From contig CAYJQW010000005.1 in the NCBI GenBank assembly GCA_964372635.1, positions 44 to 64,043 of the forward strand: 64,000 bases of DNA, in the 5' to 3' direction. Source of the DNA: an uncultured Candidatus Saccharibacteria bacterium (GTDB lineage Bacteria; Patescibacteriota; Andersenbacteria; UBA10190). Made by a program: the position numbers and the translations under genes. Below are positions 50,434-59,656 of this stretch, in pieces (within the stretch, counting starts at the first letter, position 1; each line of letters starts with the position of its first letter). The notes beneath the pieces are model-generated. The model did not search any database, had not been told where the DNA came from, and saw nothing but the letters and a program-made list of their open reading frames with translations.

Positions 50434-51400
50434 GGTTGGCCACCAGATTGACTGATAACTCTGCGTCCACCAACTGGGTATTGTGGACTCTAAGTTCTGG
50501 TTGTGGAGCCGGTGAGGCCGCCGTATGTATAGAGTCGTTCAGCGCAATAGTGGCCGCCAGGACGGGCATGTCATAACCATTCTTAGTCGCCCAGGCATAG
50601 AACGCCTGCGTGTCCTTAGGTAAGCACATGCCGTCGAAAGCTCCAAAGTCGCGTGTCCCATAGGTCGCATTCCACATCCCTTCACAGCTAAGAGCGGTTA
50701 GCTTGAAGATGGTCTCATGATCCAGGCCCCGCACCTGACAAATCCGTCGCATTTCATTAAAGAAACTAATCTTAGTGGCGTTGAACAAATTGTGAGCATA
50801 TTTTTGCAGTTCGGCTTCCTGAATAGAAACTCGAACCAAAGGACAGTCGAATCCTTGGTAGAGATCAGCCAACAAGTCGCCCGAGCGTTGGTCAAATTGA
50901 CCGATCACGATCAGCCACGGTTGTCGAAAATCTTCCGCAGCGCTCTTTTCACGTAAGTACTCGGGATTCATGCACAAGCCAAAATCACGTCCTCTAAGTT
51001 TGCCCGACTCTCGCTCAAGAATCGGTGCGATCACTGTCTCAGTAGTTCCGGGCGGGACTGTGCTACGCACGGTTACTAAGTGATAACGATTCATAGTTTT
51101 CAAGCGCTGCCCCAGTTCATATGCCGCCGCTTCGATATGCGCCAGGCTAATGCTCCCCTCGGCCGTGGGTGTGGAAACGGTAAGAAGAGAAATATCTGAG
51201 TCGTCACCAGCTTTTCTTAGCGACTGCGGCAAGTAGCAGCGCAAACCTCGCTGCTGGAGGTGTGTAACCGTGGCTGCATTCACGTCAACGAACTGAACAG
51301 TGTAGCCTTGTCCTAGTAATCCCAGACCAGTGGCCTGGCCGACGACACCAGCACCGATAACGGAGATAGTTAGTTTTTTTGTCTGGTGTTTTCTATGCAT
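50426..51400 (-). CDS. UDP-glucose/GDP-mannose dehydrogenase family protein (short, 324 aa)
   Basis: N-terminal Rossmann ISVIGAGVVGQATGLGL and catalytic-Cys block GAFDGMCLPKD (compare GGSCFPKD). Overlaps the GT2 start. Confidence 0.65.
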   Translation of the reverse strand: MHRKHQTKKLTISVIGAGVVGQATGLGLLGQGYTVQFVDVNAATVTHLQQRGLRCYLPQSLRKAGDDSDISLLTVSTPTAEGSISLAHIEAAAYELGQRLKTMNRYHLVTVRSTVPPGTTETVIAPILERESGKLRGRDFGLCMNPEYLREKSAAEDFRQPWLIVIGQFDQRSGDLLADLYQGFDCPLVRVSIQEAELQKYAHNLFNATKISFFNEMRRICQVRGLDHETIFKLTALSCEGMWNATYGTRDFGAFDGMCLPKDTQAFYAWATKNGYDMPVLAATIALNDSIHTAASPAPQPELRVHNTQLVDAELSVNLVANRD

Positions 51401-51478
51401 AACAACCGACTAATTTAACATGGCGGCTTTAAAACCTCAAGTATTACTCTTAAATGGATAGGTGTTGCAGGTACTACC

Positions 51479-53440
51479 CTATTGCCTCAAGGCTTCAATT
51501 GGCTCCAACTTAGCCGCCCGCAGCGCTGGATATGTGCCTGATATCAGACCGATCAGGCCACCTAAAAGAGGGGCGAGCAATGGAATACTTGGATCTAAAA
51601 CAGGTGTCCAGACTTGGTAGGCTCCTACAGCTACTACTACCAGAGTGCCTAGACTGGCGCCAATGATACCTCCGATGATTCCCATGGAAGTACTTTCGAT
51701 GAAAAACTGTGTCGCAATATGACGGCGCGTGGCACCGAGCGAGCGGCGCAGTCCGATTTCACCGATGCGCTCAATCACAGATATTAGAGTTATATTTCCG
51801 ATACCAATTGCTCCCACAACAAGGGATAAGCCGCCTAGTAAGAGCATTAGTATATTTAATTCACTTTGGATGGCCTCGCGCACGCGTTTGGGCTCAGGTG
51901 GCGAGACAATCTTTAATGTTTTTGGATCATCCGGTCGTAGAGCCAGCGGAGCTTGGCGTGAAATCAACGTTGCGGCACCAATTCTGGTTTCAATGATTAC
52001 CGAGCTAGGACTTGATAACCCAAAATCACGCCTTGCTGTTTCTTCGGGAATAATGACTGAACCGAGTAGGTCTGGCTGTCGACCGACACCGTCCAAGATT
52101 CCCATCACGAGGTATATCTTATCCCCAATGGCGATCGCTGGCAGATGCTCAACACCGACAATATTAAGCCGCTCGGCTGCCGAAGGACCCAGCACGGCAA
52201 CACGATCTCCTCGCTGGGAGTGACCCTTATCCGGCAAACGACCATTTTTCAGGTTGGCTCGTACAGTCGCAAACAATTCAGGCGACGCAGCTTGAACAGC
52301 CAATTTGAAATCCGTCTGACGGCGCGGGTCAGTAATAGTTGATGCACTAACCAGGGCGTCTTGGCTAGCTACCGGGCTCAATGTTCCGGCGGTAACTACG
52401 CCATTAAGGCGAAGCAGACGCTGAGCAGCATCCCAAGGGATGACTTTATTTTGTTGGCTAGCCAGACTGGCGCGAGGCGTCACCATGATTTCAGTGGCAG
52501 CTAGTTCATTGAAAGTTCCAATAATACGATTACTTGCTGTGCGTGATACTCCAACGGTGGCGACCAAAGCAGCGATACCAATCACTACCCCCAGGCTAGT
52601 CAGTGCGGTGCGAGTTGGATTGGCGAACAGACCGGCGATTGCTTCACTTACGAGGTCATGAATAGTTATGCCTGAGCGTGAAACCACATTCGCCGACCGG
52701 CTAGTACCGGCGGAGTTCATGGTGGTCAGCATAGTTTTTTCGCTCGACTGCTCAATTGATTTGCCATCTATGATTTCGAGACGTCGGCCAGCGCGCGCGG
52801 CCACATCTTCATCATGAGTAACGACCACTATTGTTAGCCCCTGTTGATGCAAGTTCTCCAGCAGCTCAAGGAGGTTGGCGGCTGACTTCGAATCTAAGTT
52901 ACCAGTTGGTTCGTCACACAATAACAGATCCGGAGTACCAATCAAGGCGCGGGCAATGGCAACCCGTTGTTTTTGTCCACCTGATAATTTGGTTGTCAGA
53001 AAATCAGCCCGGTCACCTAGGCCGACTTGATTAATAGCGGCTAAAGCCCGTTCACGCCGGCCGTGGTGCGATTGCTTTCGGTACACTTCTGCTAGCATCA
53101 CATTTTCGACTACTGATTTGTGTGGCAATAGGTGAAACGATTGAAAGACGAAGCCAATGTGTCGACTGCGCAGTCCAGCCCGCTCGACTTCGGTTAACTT
53201 CGTGGTATCGATGCCGCGGAAAAAATATTGACCGGCTGTTGGCCGATCTAAGCAGCCAATAATATTTAAGAGTGTTGATTTACCCGAGCCTGATGGGCCA
53301 GTGATTGCTAACCACTCGCCTGTCTCAAGCCGAAAATCAACCCCGGCCAGGGCTTGGACAGGCGCGTCAGTACCGAACTGACGACCAACGTTACTGAGCA
53401 AAAGTATCGTTTCAACGGGTGAACTTTTTGATGTTTTCAT
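51479..53440 (-). CDS. MacB-type ABC transporter (fused ATPase + FtsX-like permease)
   Basis: Walker A GPSGSGKST; signature LSGGQKQRVAIARAL; Walker B LLLCDEPTGNLD; then a large extracytoplasmic domain and 4 TM helices (FtsX fold). Confidence 0.8.
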   Translation of the reverse strand: MKTSKSSPVETILLLSNVGRQFGTDAPVQALAGVDFRLETGEWLAITGPSGSGKSTLLNIIGCLDRPTAGQYFFRGIDTTKLTEVERAGLRSRHIGFVFQSFHLLPHKSVVENVMLAEVYRKQSHHGRRERALAAINQVGLGDRADFLTTKLSGGQKQRVAIARALIGTPDLLLCDEPTGNLDSKSAANLLELLENLHQQGLTIVVVTHDEDVAARAGRRLEIIDGKSIEQSSEKTMLTTMNSAGTSRSANVVSRSGITIHDLVSEAIAGLFANPTRTALTSLGVVIGIAALVATVGVSRTASNRIIGTFNELAATEIMVTPRASLASQQNKVIPWDAAQRLLRLNGVVTAGTLSPVASQDALVSASTITDPRRQTDFKLAVQAASPELFATVRANLKNGRLPDKGHSQRGDRVAVLGPSAAERLNIVGVEHLPAIAIGDKIYLVMGILDGVGRQPDLLGSVIIPEETARRDFGLSSPSSVIIETRIGAATLISRQAPLALRPDDPKTLKIVSPPEPKRVREAIQSELNILMLLLGGLSLVVGAIGIGNITLISVIERIGEIGLRRSLGATRRHIATQFFIESTSMGIIGGIIGASLGTLVVVAVGAYQVWTPVLDPSIPLLAPLLGGLIGLISGTYPALRAAKLEPIEALRQ

Positions 53441-54990
53441 TATTTAAAACCAATGACAATCAGCTGACTTGGTGTCAGCGTTCCGGTGACGGGAGTGACT
53501 TCCACAAAACCATTGGCCGACAAACCGGTTTTCACAGTGACATACTGTAGAGATCCATCTTCGTCTACTTGTACACGCGAGGTACCATCAGCGGCCAGGG
53601 AGACAGCACTGATAGGTACGGCGATCACTTCATCCTTAGTTGATTCAATCGGAATGGTGAGTCGTAGTGATGTGCCTTCCAGAGTGGTGGGAGTTGTATC
53701 AACTGTTACTTCAAAATAGACGTGGAAGCCATCCACTCCGTTGGTGCCGGGCGCAGCGGCGACTTTAGTCACGATACCGGTTGCTTCTATGCCTAAGTCC
53801 GCCTCGTCTATCTTCACTTTCATGTCGGGTTTTACCAGCGCGGCTTCGGCAAGCGGCAGAGAAGCATCAATCACGACTTGATTATTAGTGACTGTTAACA
53901 CTGGTCCTTTCGCAACTGCGCCAACGGCAACGTCAACTTGTTTGATGCGCGCTGGCAGCGAGTTTACAAACATGACTTCATTGGCAGGTACTTGAATACC
54001 CGTTTTGCTTTGGACACGACTTAGATCGGACGCAATGCGTGCGGCTAACGCCTTGGCCACTACGGCTTCACGTTGTCCAATCTGCTGCGCATTCAGGGCC
54101 GTCTGTACGGCAATAGTGCCTTCTTGCCGTAATGCTTTAGCAGAGGCTTCAGCAGCCTTAAAATCGGCGGTGGCTTTAGCTTTTTCTTCATTAGTTGCAC
54201 TTAAGTCCCCAGTGACTTTAAGGTACGTCGCCTTTTTTGCTTCAATGTCAGCAGTCGCGGCGATATTAGTGCCGGCTGCTTTATCACGGGTAGCCGCAAC
54301 TAACTTAGGCCCAGCGGCCAGTGTGGCGATGAACTGATCTTTCTCTGCCACGGCCAACTCCTCGATTAGGGTGTGAATTTCCTTGAGTTGCTCTGGAGTT
54401 GGCTCAAATGGTTGCCAATTGGATCTGGCGTACCATGCAGCTACAGCGGCGGCGGTTTGGGCATCGTACCGCCCATCGATGATTCCGGGATAAAAACCCA
54501 GTCGTTTAAGGCCCTGTTCTAATTGCATTATATCTTCACCAATAGTACCTGGAGTCATATCCCGAAACGCGGGGATGGCACCTTCCATGACAAACACCGG
54601 ACGGTCACCAATAGTGAAAGCGACCTGACCTTCTTTAAATTGCGCATTGGGCAAGGGAAGGGTAGTGATCAGTGTCTCGAGCGGTTTGGCGGCCGAGTGA
54701 GGCAGCGATATTGTTTGTGGCAGACCGAAGCGAGCCGTGCCGCGAGTCACAATATCAGAGGTAAGCACGCGTTTCTCGATCGGAACCAGAATCGGCGAGG
54801 CTAGTGGCGGGGCCACTTCGGCAGCGATTTCGGCTGGCGATTTAATACGTGATCCAACTAGCCAACTACCCAGCGCCAACACAACAACTGCTCCGAGAAT
54901 TAGACTGATGAGCTTTGACCTTTTTTGCGTGTGTGCCAGTTCAGCGATAGGTTTCGGTATCAGACGAAACAATGTCAGTTTTATATTCAT
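53440..54990 (-). CDS. HlyD/MacA-family periplasmic adaptor (membrane fusion protein) with inserted peptidoglycan-binding domain
   Basis: N-terminal TM; PG_binding_1-like LEQGLKRLGFYPGIIDGRYDAQTAAAVAAWY; long Ala/Lys-rich coiled-coil hairpin; C-terminal beta-barrel/MP domains. Start overlaps the MacB gene. Confidence 0.7.
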   Translation of the reverse strand: MNIKLTLFRLIPKPIAELAHTQKRSKLISLILGAVVVLALGSWLVGSRIKSPAEIAAEVAPPLASPILVPIEKRVLTSDIVTRGTARFGLPQTISLPHSAAKPLETLITTLPLPNAQFKEGQVAFTIGDRPVFVMEGAIPAFRDMTPGTIGEDIMQLEQGLKRLGFYPGIIDGRYDAQTAAAVAAWYARSNWQPFEPTPEQLKEIHTLIEELAVAEKDQFIATLAAGPKLVAATRDKAAGTNIAATADIEAKKATYLKVTGDLSATNEEKAKATADFKAAEASAKALRQEGTIAVQTALNAQQIGQREAVVAKALAARIASDLSRVQSKTGIQVPANEVMFVNSLPARIKQVDVAVGAVAKGPVLTVTNNQVVIDASLPLAEAALVKPDMKVKIDEADLGIEATGIVTKVAAAPGTNGVDGFHVYFEVTVDTTPTTLEGTSLRLTIPIESTKDEVIAVPISAVSLAADGTSRVQVDEDGSLQYVTVKTGLSANGFVEVTPVTGTLTPSQLIVIGFK

Positions 54991-55023
54991 AGCCCCGATG
55001 TACCCCTTTTACTCCACCTGTCT

Positions 55024-55995
55024 TTAGTTTTGTGGTGCGCCGTAAAGTTCAGTTTCAACCTGAACTACAACCGGCTCAATGAATTCCTCCGCGCAGTCAA
55101 AATCGGCGACGGCGATCGCTCGTTCCTCGCCTTGCAGCTCAGTTAACACCTTTTGGATATCAGGAGCTAAAGTGCTTGGATCAGCCTCACCAGTAATACT
55201 AGTCAGGCGATCTTGAAGGTCTTTTTCAATTTCTTCGGGGTTATTGTAGTTAAAACCTGCTTTCCGGATGCAACTCGCCCACTTGGCAGTGGCAGCGATT
55301 ACTCGCGAATCTTGCGCAATCAGCACATCGCCTGGGTTAGTGTAAGCGCCGCCTAACTGATCGCGGTTAAACACTTGTTCGATGGCGGTGCGTGTACAAC
55401 CACCCACTTGCGAGAAGTCTTCAGCTTCAAGAGAGACGGCAAACGTGGCAGTCGTGTTTTCACCAAAGAGGGAACGGTTGTAAGCTACCTGGTTACTGGC
55501 CGACAAGTTAATAAACAGTTGTACATTCTGGCTACCTAAGCCAATAGTGGCAGCGTGGTCAGCACCAGAAAGCTGGGGGGCAGTACCAAGCTTAGTATTC
55601 TGCGTGGAAATACCGTAGCCGAATTGGGAACGGAATTCATCATCAGTTAATCCGGCAATTTTTTTATCGGCGTCCATGGATTTTCGCACGGTGAGATAAT
55701 CGGCCGGGATATATTGAAAACCAGTGGTCTTCATACAACTGGCAATACCTTGTTCAACTGCCTCGATATTCTTCACCAACTCGGCTTTGGTCAAACCAAA
55801 TTCTTCGGCTCCTGGCAATATAGCTGCAGGGGATTGTGAGATAGTGGCGGGCGATGGTTTGCGGCTAGGCCAAAGATTATCGTTAGGACTGACAATATAG
55901 GAAATACCAGCGATGGTGGCGATCACGAGCACAGTCAGTAATAACGGTTTCTTTTTCATCTCTACACATCTAGCACAGACCATCTGACTAGTCAA
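55024..55995 (-). CDS. Exported hypothetical protein with two Cys-containing internal repeats (likely start at MKKKPLLL, near coordinate 55959)
   Basis: Signal/TM KKKPLLLTVLVIATIAGISYIV. Repeated blocks C.KTTGFQYIPAD and CIRKAGFNYNNPEE. First gene of the minus-strand operon. Confidence 0.4.
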   Translation of the reverse strand: MTSQMVCARCVEMKKKPLLLTVLVIATIAGISYIVSPNDNLWPSRKPSPATISQSPAAILPGAEEFGLTKAELVKNIEAVEQGIASCMKTTGFQYIPADYLTVRKSMDADKKIAGLTDDEFRSQFGYGISTQNTKLGTAPQLSGADHAATIGLGSQNVQLFINLSASNQVAYNRSLFGENTTATFAVSLEAEDFSQVGGCTRTAIEQVFNRDQLGGAYTNPGDVLIAQDSRVIAATAKWASCIRKAGFNYNNPEEIEKDLQDRLTSITGEADPSTLAPDIQKVLTELQGEERAIAVADFDCAEEFIEPVVVQVETELYGAPQN

Positions 55996-56041
55996 CGTAC
56001 AGAACTTGTGCTACTTTTGTCGATAAGGAGGGGTCCTTCAT

Positions 56042-56542
56042 GTGCATAGTTGTATGATGCGTATCTCCTTCTTCATTATTTCTATTACTCTAACCGCAGT
56101 TAGTCTGGCTGGGGTTTTTTTATATTACTTTCTACAGTTGCAGTCGGCGTCTTTGACAGATAGTTCCTTTATTCAGAGCGATACTAAATCAGCTCAGATT
56201 ATACCGATTAAAGATACTGAGCTAAATCATGTGGTGTTGACAGAGCGGGCGACACAGCGACTGGCCATTGCGACTGTTCCAGTTCAGGTTGCCACTTCAG
56301 CTCAGGCTAGACAGGAAAATGGCCGCACAATTATTCCGTATTCGGCAGTGATTTACGATCCGAACGGAGCTACCTGGACATACACGAATCCAGAAACTTT
56401 TGTGTATGTCAGGCATCCCATCACGATTGTCTATATTGAAGAAGACTTTGCTGTTCTCAGCAGCGGTCCACCATCTGATACGAGGGTGGTGACGGTCGGG
56501 GCGGCTGAACTGTTTGGAGCTGAGTTTGGTGTCGGCAAGTAA
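56042..56542 (+). CDS. Minimal membrane-fusion-protein-like adaptor (TM + beta-barrel/membrane-proximal domain only; no alpha-hairpin)
   Basis: N-terminal TM; C-terminal IIPYSAVIYDPNGATWTYTNPETFVYVRHPITIVYIEEDFAVLSSGPPSDTRVVTVGAAEL matches the MFP C-terminal pattern (VP..AV...G..VYV...V..G.VV.G). Immediately precedes two RND genes. Confidence 0.45.
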   Translation: MHSCMMRISFFIISITLTAVSLAGVFLYYFLQLQSASLTDSSFIQSDTKSAQIIPIKDTELNHVVLTERATQRLAIATVPVQVATSAQARQENGRTIIPYSAVIYDPNGATWTYTNPETFVYVRHPITIVYIEEDFAVLSSGPPSDTRVVTVGAAELFGAEFGVGK

Positions 56543-56554
56543 CGGATATACGTT

Positions 56555-59500
56555 GTGGCTATACCAGTGATCCGTCATATAGTTGAGACAAGTTTGCGGC
56601 TTCGGTTTCTGATGGTGGCGATTATTATTGTCTTGTTGCTAGTTGGCGTAAGTGAGTTTCCGGAAATACCAGTCGACGTGTGGCCTGAACTCAACCCGCC
56701 GTTAGTAGAAATTCAAACTGAAGCACTTGGGTTGGCTGCGGCTGAAGTGGAATCCTTAATCACCGTTCCGATGGAGGCGGATTTACTCAACGGTATTGCC
56801 TTCCTAGACCACATCACGTCGGAGTCGGTGGCTGGTTTATCGTCTATTCGCCTCATTTTCGAACCTGGGACTGATCCGATGATAGCCCGGCAATTAGTGG
56901 CTGAACGATTAACGCAAGCGTTTGCATTGCCCAACGTGTCAAAACCACCAATGATGCTGCAGCCTCTGTCGAGTACAAACCGGGTGATGATGATTGGTCT
57001 TTCTTCGCAGGATTTATCGTTAATTGATTTATCTGTGCTGGCGCGATGGAATATTAGGCCACGCTTAATGGGTGTTCCGGGAGTTGCAAACGTGGCAATT
57101 TGGGGTCAGCGGGAACAGCAGTTACAGGTACAGGTTGATCCAGAACGACTTTATCGGCAAGGCGTCACTCTCCAACAAATCATTGAAACTGCTGGCAATG
57201 CTCTGTGGGTATCGCCACTTAGTTTTTTGAATTCCTCGACACCTGGCACGGCTGGTTGGATAGATACACCCAATCAACGACTTGGTCTCCACCATGTCTT
57301 ACCCATTAAAGGGCCAGAGGACCTATCTAAGGTATCAGTCGCAGGTAGCAGTGGGCTGCGTTTGAGTGATGTGGCCACAGTAGTGGAAGATCATCAACCG
57401 CTAATTGGTGATGCGGGGTTAAGTGATCAGGCGGGTCTCCTGCTGGTCATTGAAAGGTTTCCTGAAGCTAACACATTGGAAGTAACCGATGATGTGGAAG
57501 AAGTACTCGACGCTCTACAACCTGGTCTTACTGGGGTCGAGATCGACACCATTTTCCGCCCGGCCAGTTATATCGAGCTAACGATCTATAATTTGGTTGT
57601 TGCTGCGCTGTTGGCTGGCGTGTTTATTGGGCTGGCGTTATTTACTTTTCTTGATGCGTGGCGCGTGGTGTTCATTGGCGTTCTGTCGATTCTTGGAGTA
57701 CTACTCATCGCTGGGCTGATTCTGTTACTACACGGGACGAGTATCAATGCGATGATGATTGTAGGAATTGTAATTGCCATTACTATCGTCATCGATGATG
57801 TAGTGCTTGACAGCGAAACAACGGTGCGGCGACTACGTGAATCAGCTGATATGAATCGTGATCAGTCGCTGCAGTCAGTGATTGTATCTGCCACGCTGCA
57901 GCTGCGTCGTCCGTTAAGCTATGCGACAATAATCATGTTACTAATTGTGTTGCCGGCCTTCTTCTTGCCTAATCCCGTCGGCGCATTTTTCCGGCCACTA
58001 GCGTATGCATATATTTACGTGTTGCTTGCAGCTGTAGTAGTGACACTAGTTATCACGCCGATGTTAAGTCTGATACTATTGTCAACTTCGCGGCGTACCC
58101 ATGACGCACCGGCGATCATCATACTGCTCTCACAACGTTACCGAAATTTACTCACGCGTTGGCTTGGTGTCCCTCGCCGCGTGACTAGCGCGGTTGTGAT
58201 CACTGTACTTGGAGGTCTATTACTACTGCCACTTATTACCGTGTCTTTGCTGCCCGTGTTTAAGCAGACGGATCTACTAGTGCGGCTGAAAGGTATACCT
58301 GGCACGTCGCAACAGGAGATGAACCGGATGGCAGTTTCGGTCAAGCAGGAGGTGCGATCGATACCGGGCATTCGGAATGTCGGATTTCAGGTCGGGCGAG
58401 CCATAACCGGGGATCAAGTCGTTGGTATCAATTCAGGTGAGCTGTGGATAAGCCTTTCTCCTACGGCGGTGTATGAGGCAACAGTGGATAGAGTTCGAAA
58501 AGTGGTTGATGGCTACCTTGGTTTTGCGAGCGCGGTACAGACCTATCAACCAGACAAAGCCGAACAAATATTATCTCGCGCTGAGCAAGACCTGGTTGTG
58601 CGCGTGTACGGTCATGAGTTAGATGAACTCCAGCGTCAGGCCGAGATAGTACAGCAGCGCCTTGCAGAGATTGAAGGTATCAGAGATGTACATGCACAAC
58701 TGTCGGACCTGGAGCCGCAAGTGGAAATAGAGGTGGATTTAGCGGCGGCCGAACGCTATCAAATTAAACCTGGTGATGTCCGTCGGCAGGCGAGTACGTT
58801 GTTGTCTGGTTTGCAAGTGGGTAATCTATTTCAAGATCAGAAAGTCTTCGATGTTGTCGTCTGGGGTGTACCTGAATTACGCCAGAATTTGACTAAACTA
58901 CAGGAACTTCAGATTGACACGCCGGGCGGCCAGGTGCGCTTGAGGGAATTAGCCGATGTGCGCATTGTGCCCTCACCCACCATTATTATACGTGACGCTG
59001 TCTCGCGTTATATTGATGTTGTTGGGAGCGTGCATGGTCGGGATGCACGAGCGGTGAAACGTAATGTCACCAAGGTTCTCTCAAGTCTAGTGTTTCCCTT
59101 AGAGTACCATGCAGAAGTACTGGATGAATCGGCTATACAGCAGCGAGCCGAGTGGCGCACCTTAAGCGTGGTGGGTGCGGTCTTAGTGGCGTGTTTACTT
59201 TTGCTCCAGGCGGCTTTTCAAAATTGGAGGGTAGCCGTACTCTTTTTTATCAGTGTGCCGTTAGCACTTGTTGGCGGTCTGGCGGCAGCGATACTTGGTG
59301 GCGGTACGCTTACAATCGGTTCAGTAGGTGGATTCTTGGCGGTGTTAGCAATTGTGGTTAGAAGTGGTGTGGTGCTGCTCGATCACTGGCAACAACTCGA
59401 ACAGCAGGCAGGCATGCCTTTTGGCTTAGCCCTTGTCTTGCGTGGTAGCCAAGAGCGACTCACACCAATTCTCATGTCTGCCAGTGCGATCGGTCTGGCG

Positions 59501-59647
59501 ATGCTACCACTTGTGCTGTTTGGTACTATTCCTGGGTACGAACTACTGCATTCACTGGCGATTGTTACTATTGGTGGCTTAATTACCTCGACTCTCTTTC
59601 TTCTCTTTCTTCTGCCAGCGTTGTACTTGCGGTTTGGGAAGTCTTGA
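56555..59647 (+). CDS. RND efflux transporter, HME (CzcA/CusA-like) type, paralog 1
   Basis: 1030 aa, 12-TM RND architecture. N-terminal block IFEPGTDPMIARQLVAERL resembles CzcA IFKDGTD..ARQLV. TM4 has IVIDDVVLDSE. Confidence 0.8.
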   Translation: MAIPVIRHIVETSLRLRFLMVAIIIVLLLVGVSEFPEIPVDVWPELNPPLVEIQTEALGLAAAEVESLITVPMEADLLNGIAFLDHITSESVAGLSSIRLIFEPGTDPMIARQLVAERLTQAFALPNVSKPPMMLQPLSSTNRVMMIGLSSQDLSLIDLSVLARWNIRPRLMGVPGVANVAIWGQREQQLQVQVDPERLYRQGVTLQQIIETAGNALWVSPLSFLNSSTPGTAGWIDTPNQRLGLHHVLPIKGPEDLSKVSVAGSSGLRLSDVATVVEDHQPLIGDAGLSDQAGLLLVIERFPEANTLEVTDDVEEVLDALQPGLTGVEIDTIFRPASYIELTIYNLVVAALLAGVFIGLALFTFLDAWRVVFIGVLSILGVLLIAGLILLLHGTSINAMMIVGIVIAITIVIDDVVLDSETTVRRLRESADMNRDQSLQSVIVSATLQLRRPLSYATIIMLLIVLPAFFLPNPVGAFFRPLAYAYIYVLLAAVVVTLVITPMLSLILLSTSRRTHDAPAIIILLSQRYRNLLTRWLGVPRRVTSAVVITVLGGLLLLPLITVSLLPVFKQTDLLVRLKGIPGTSQQEMNRMAVSVKQEVRSIPGIRNVGFQVGRAITGDQVVGINSGELWISLSPTAVYEATVDRVRKVVDGYLGFASAVQTYQPDKAEQILSRAEQDLVVRVYGHELDELQRQAEIVQQRLAEIEGIRDVHAQLSDLEPQVEIEVDLAAAERYQIKPGDVRRQASTLLSGLQVGNLFQDQKVFDVVVWGVPELRQNLTKLQELQIDTPGGQVRLRELADVRIVPSPTIIIRDAVSRYIDVVGSVHGRDARAVKRNVTKVLSSLVFPLEYHAEVLDESAIQQRAEWRTLSVVGAVLVACLLLLQAAFQNWRVAVLFFISVPLALVGGLAAAILGGGTLTIGSVGGFLAVLAIVVRSGVVLLDHWQQLEQQAGMPFGLALVLRGSQERLTPILMSASAIGLAMLPLVLFGTIPGYELLHSLAIVTIGGLITSTLFLLFLLPALYLRFGKS

Positions 59648-59656
59648 ACCTAAGTT

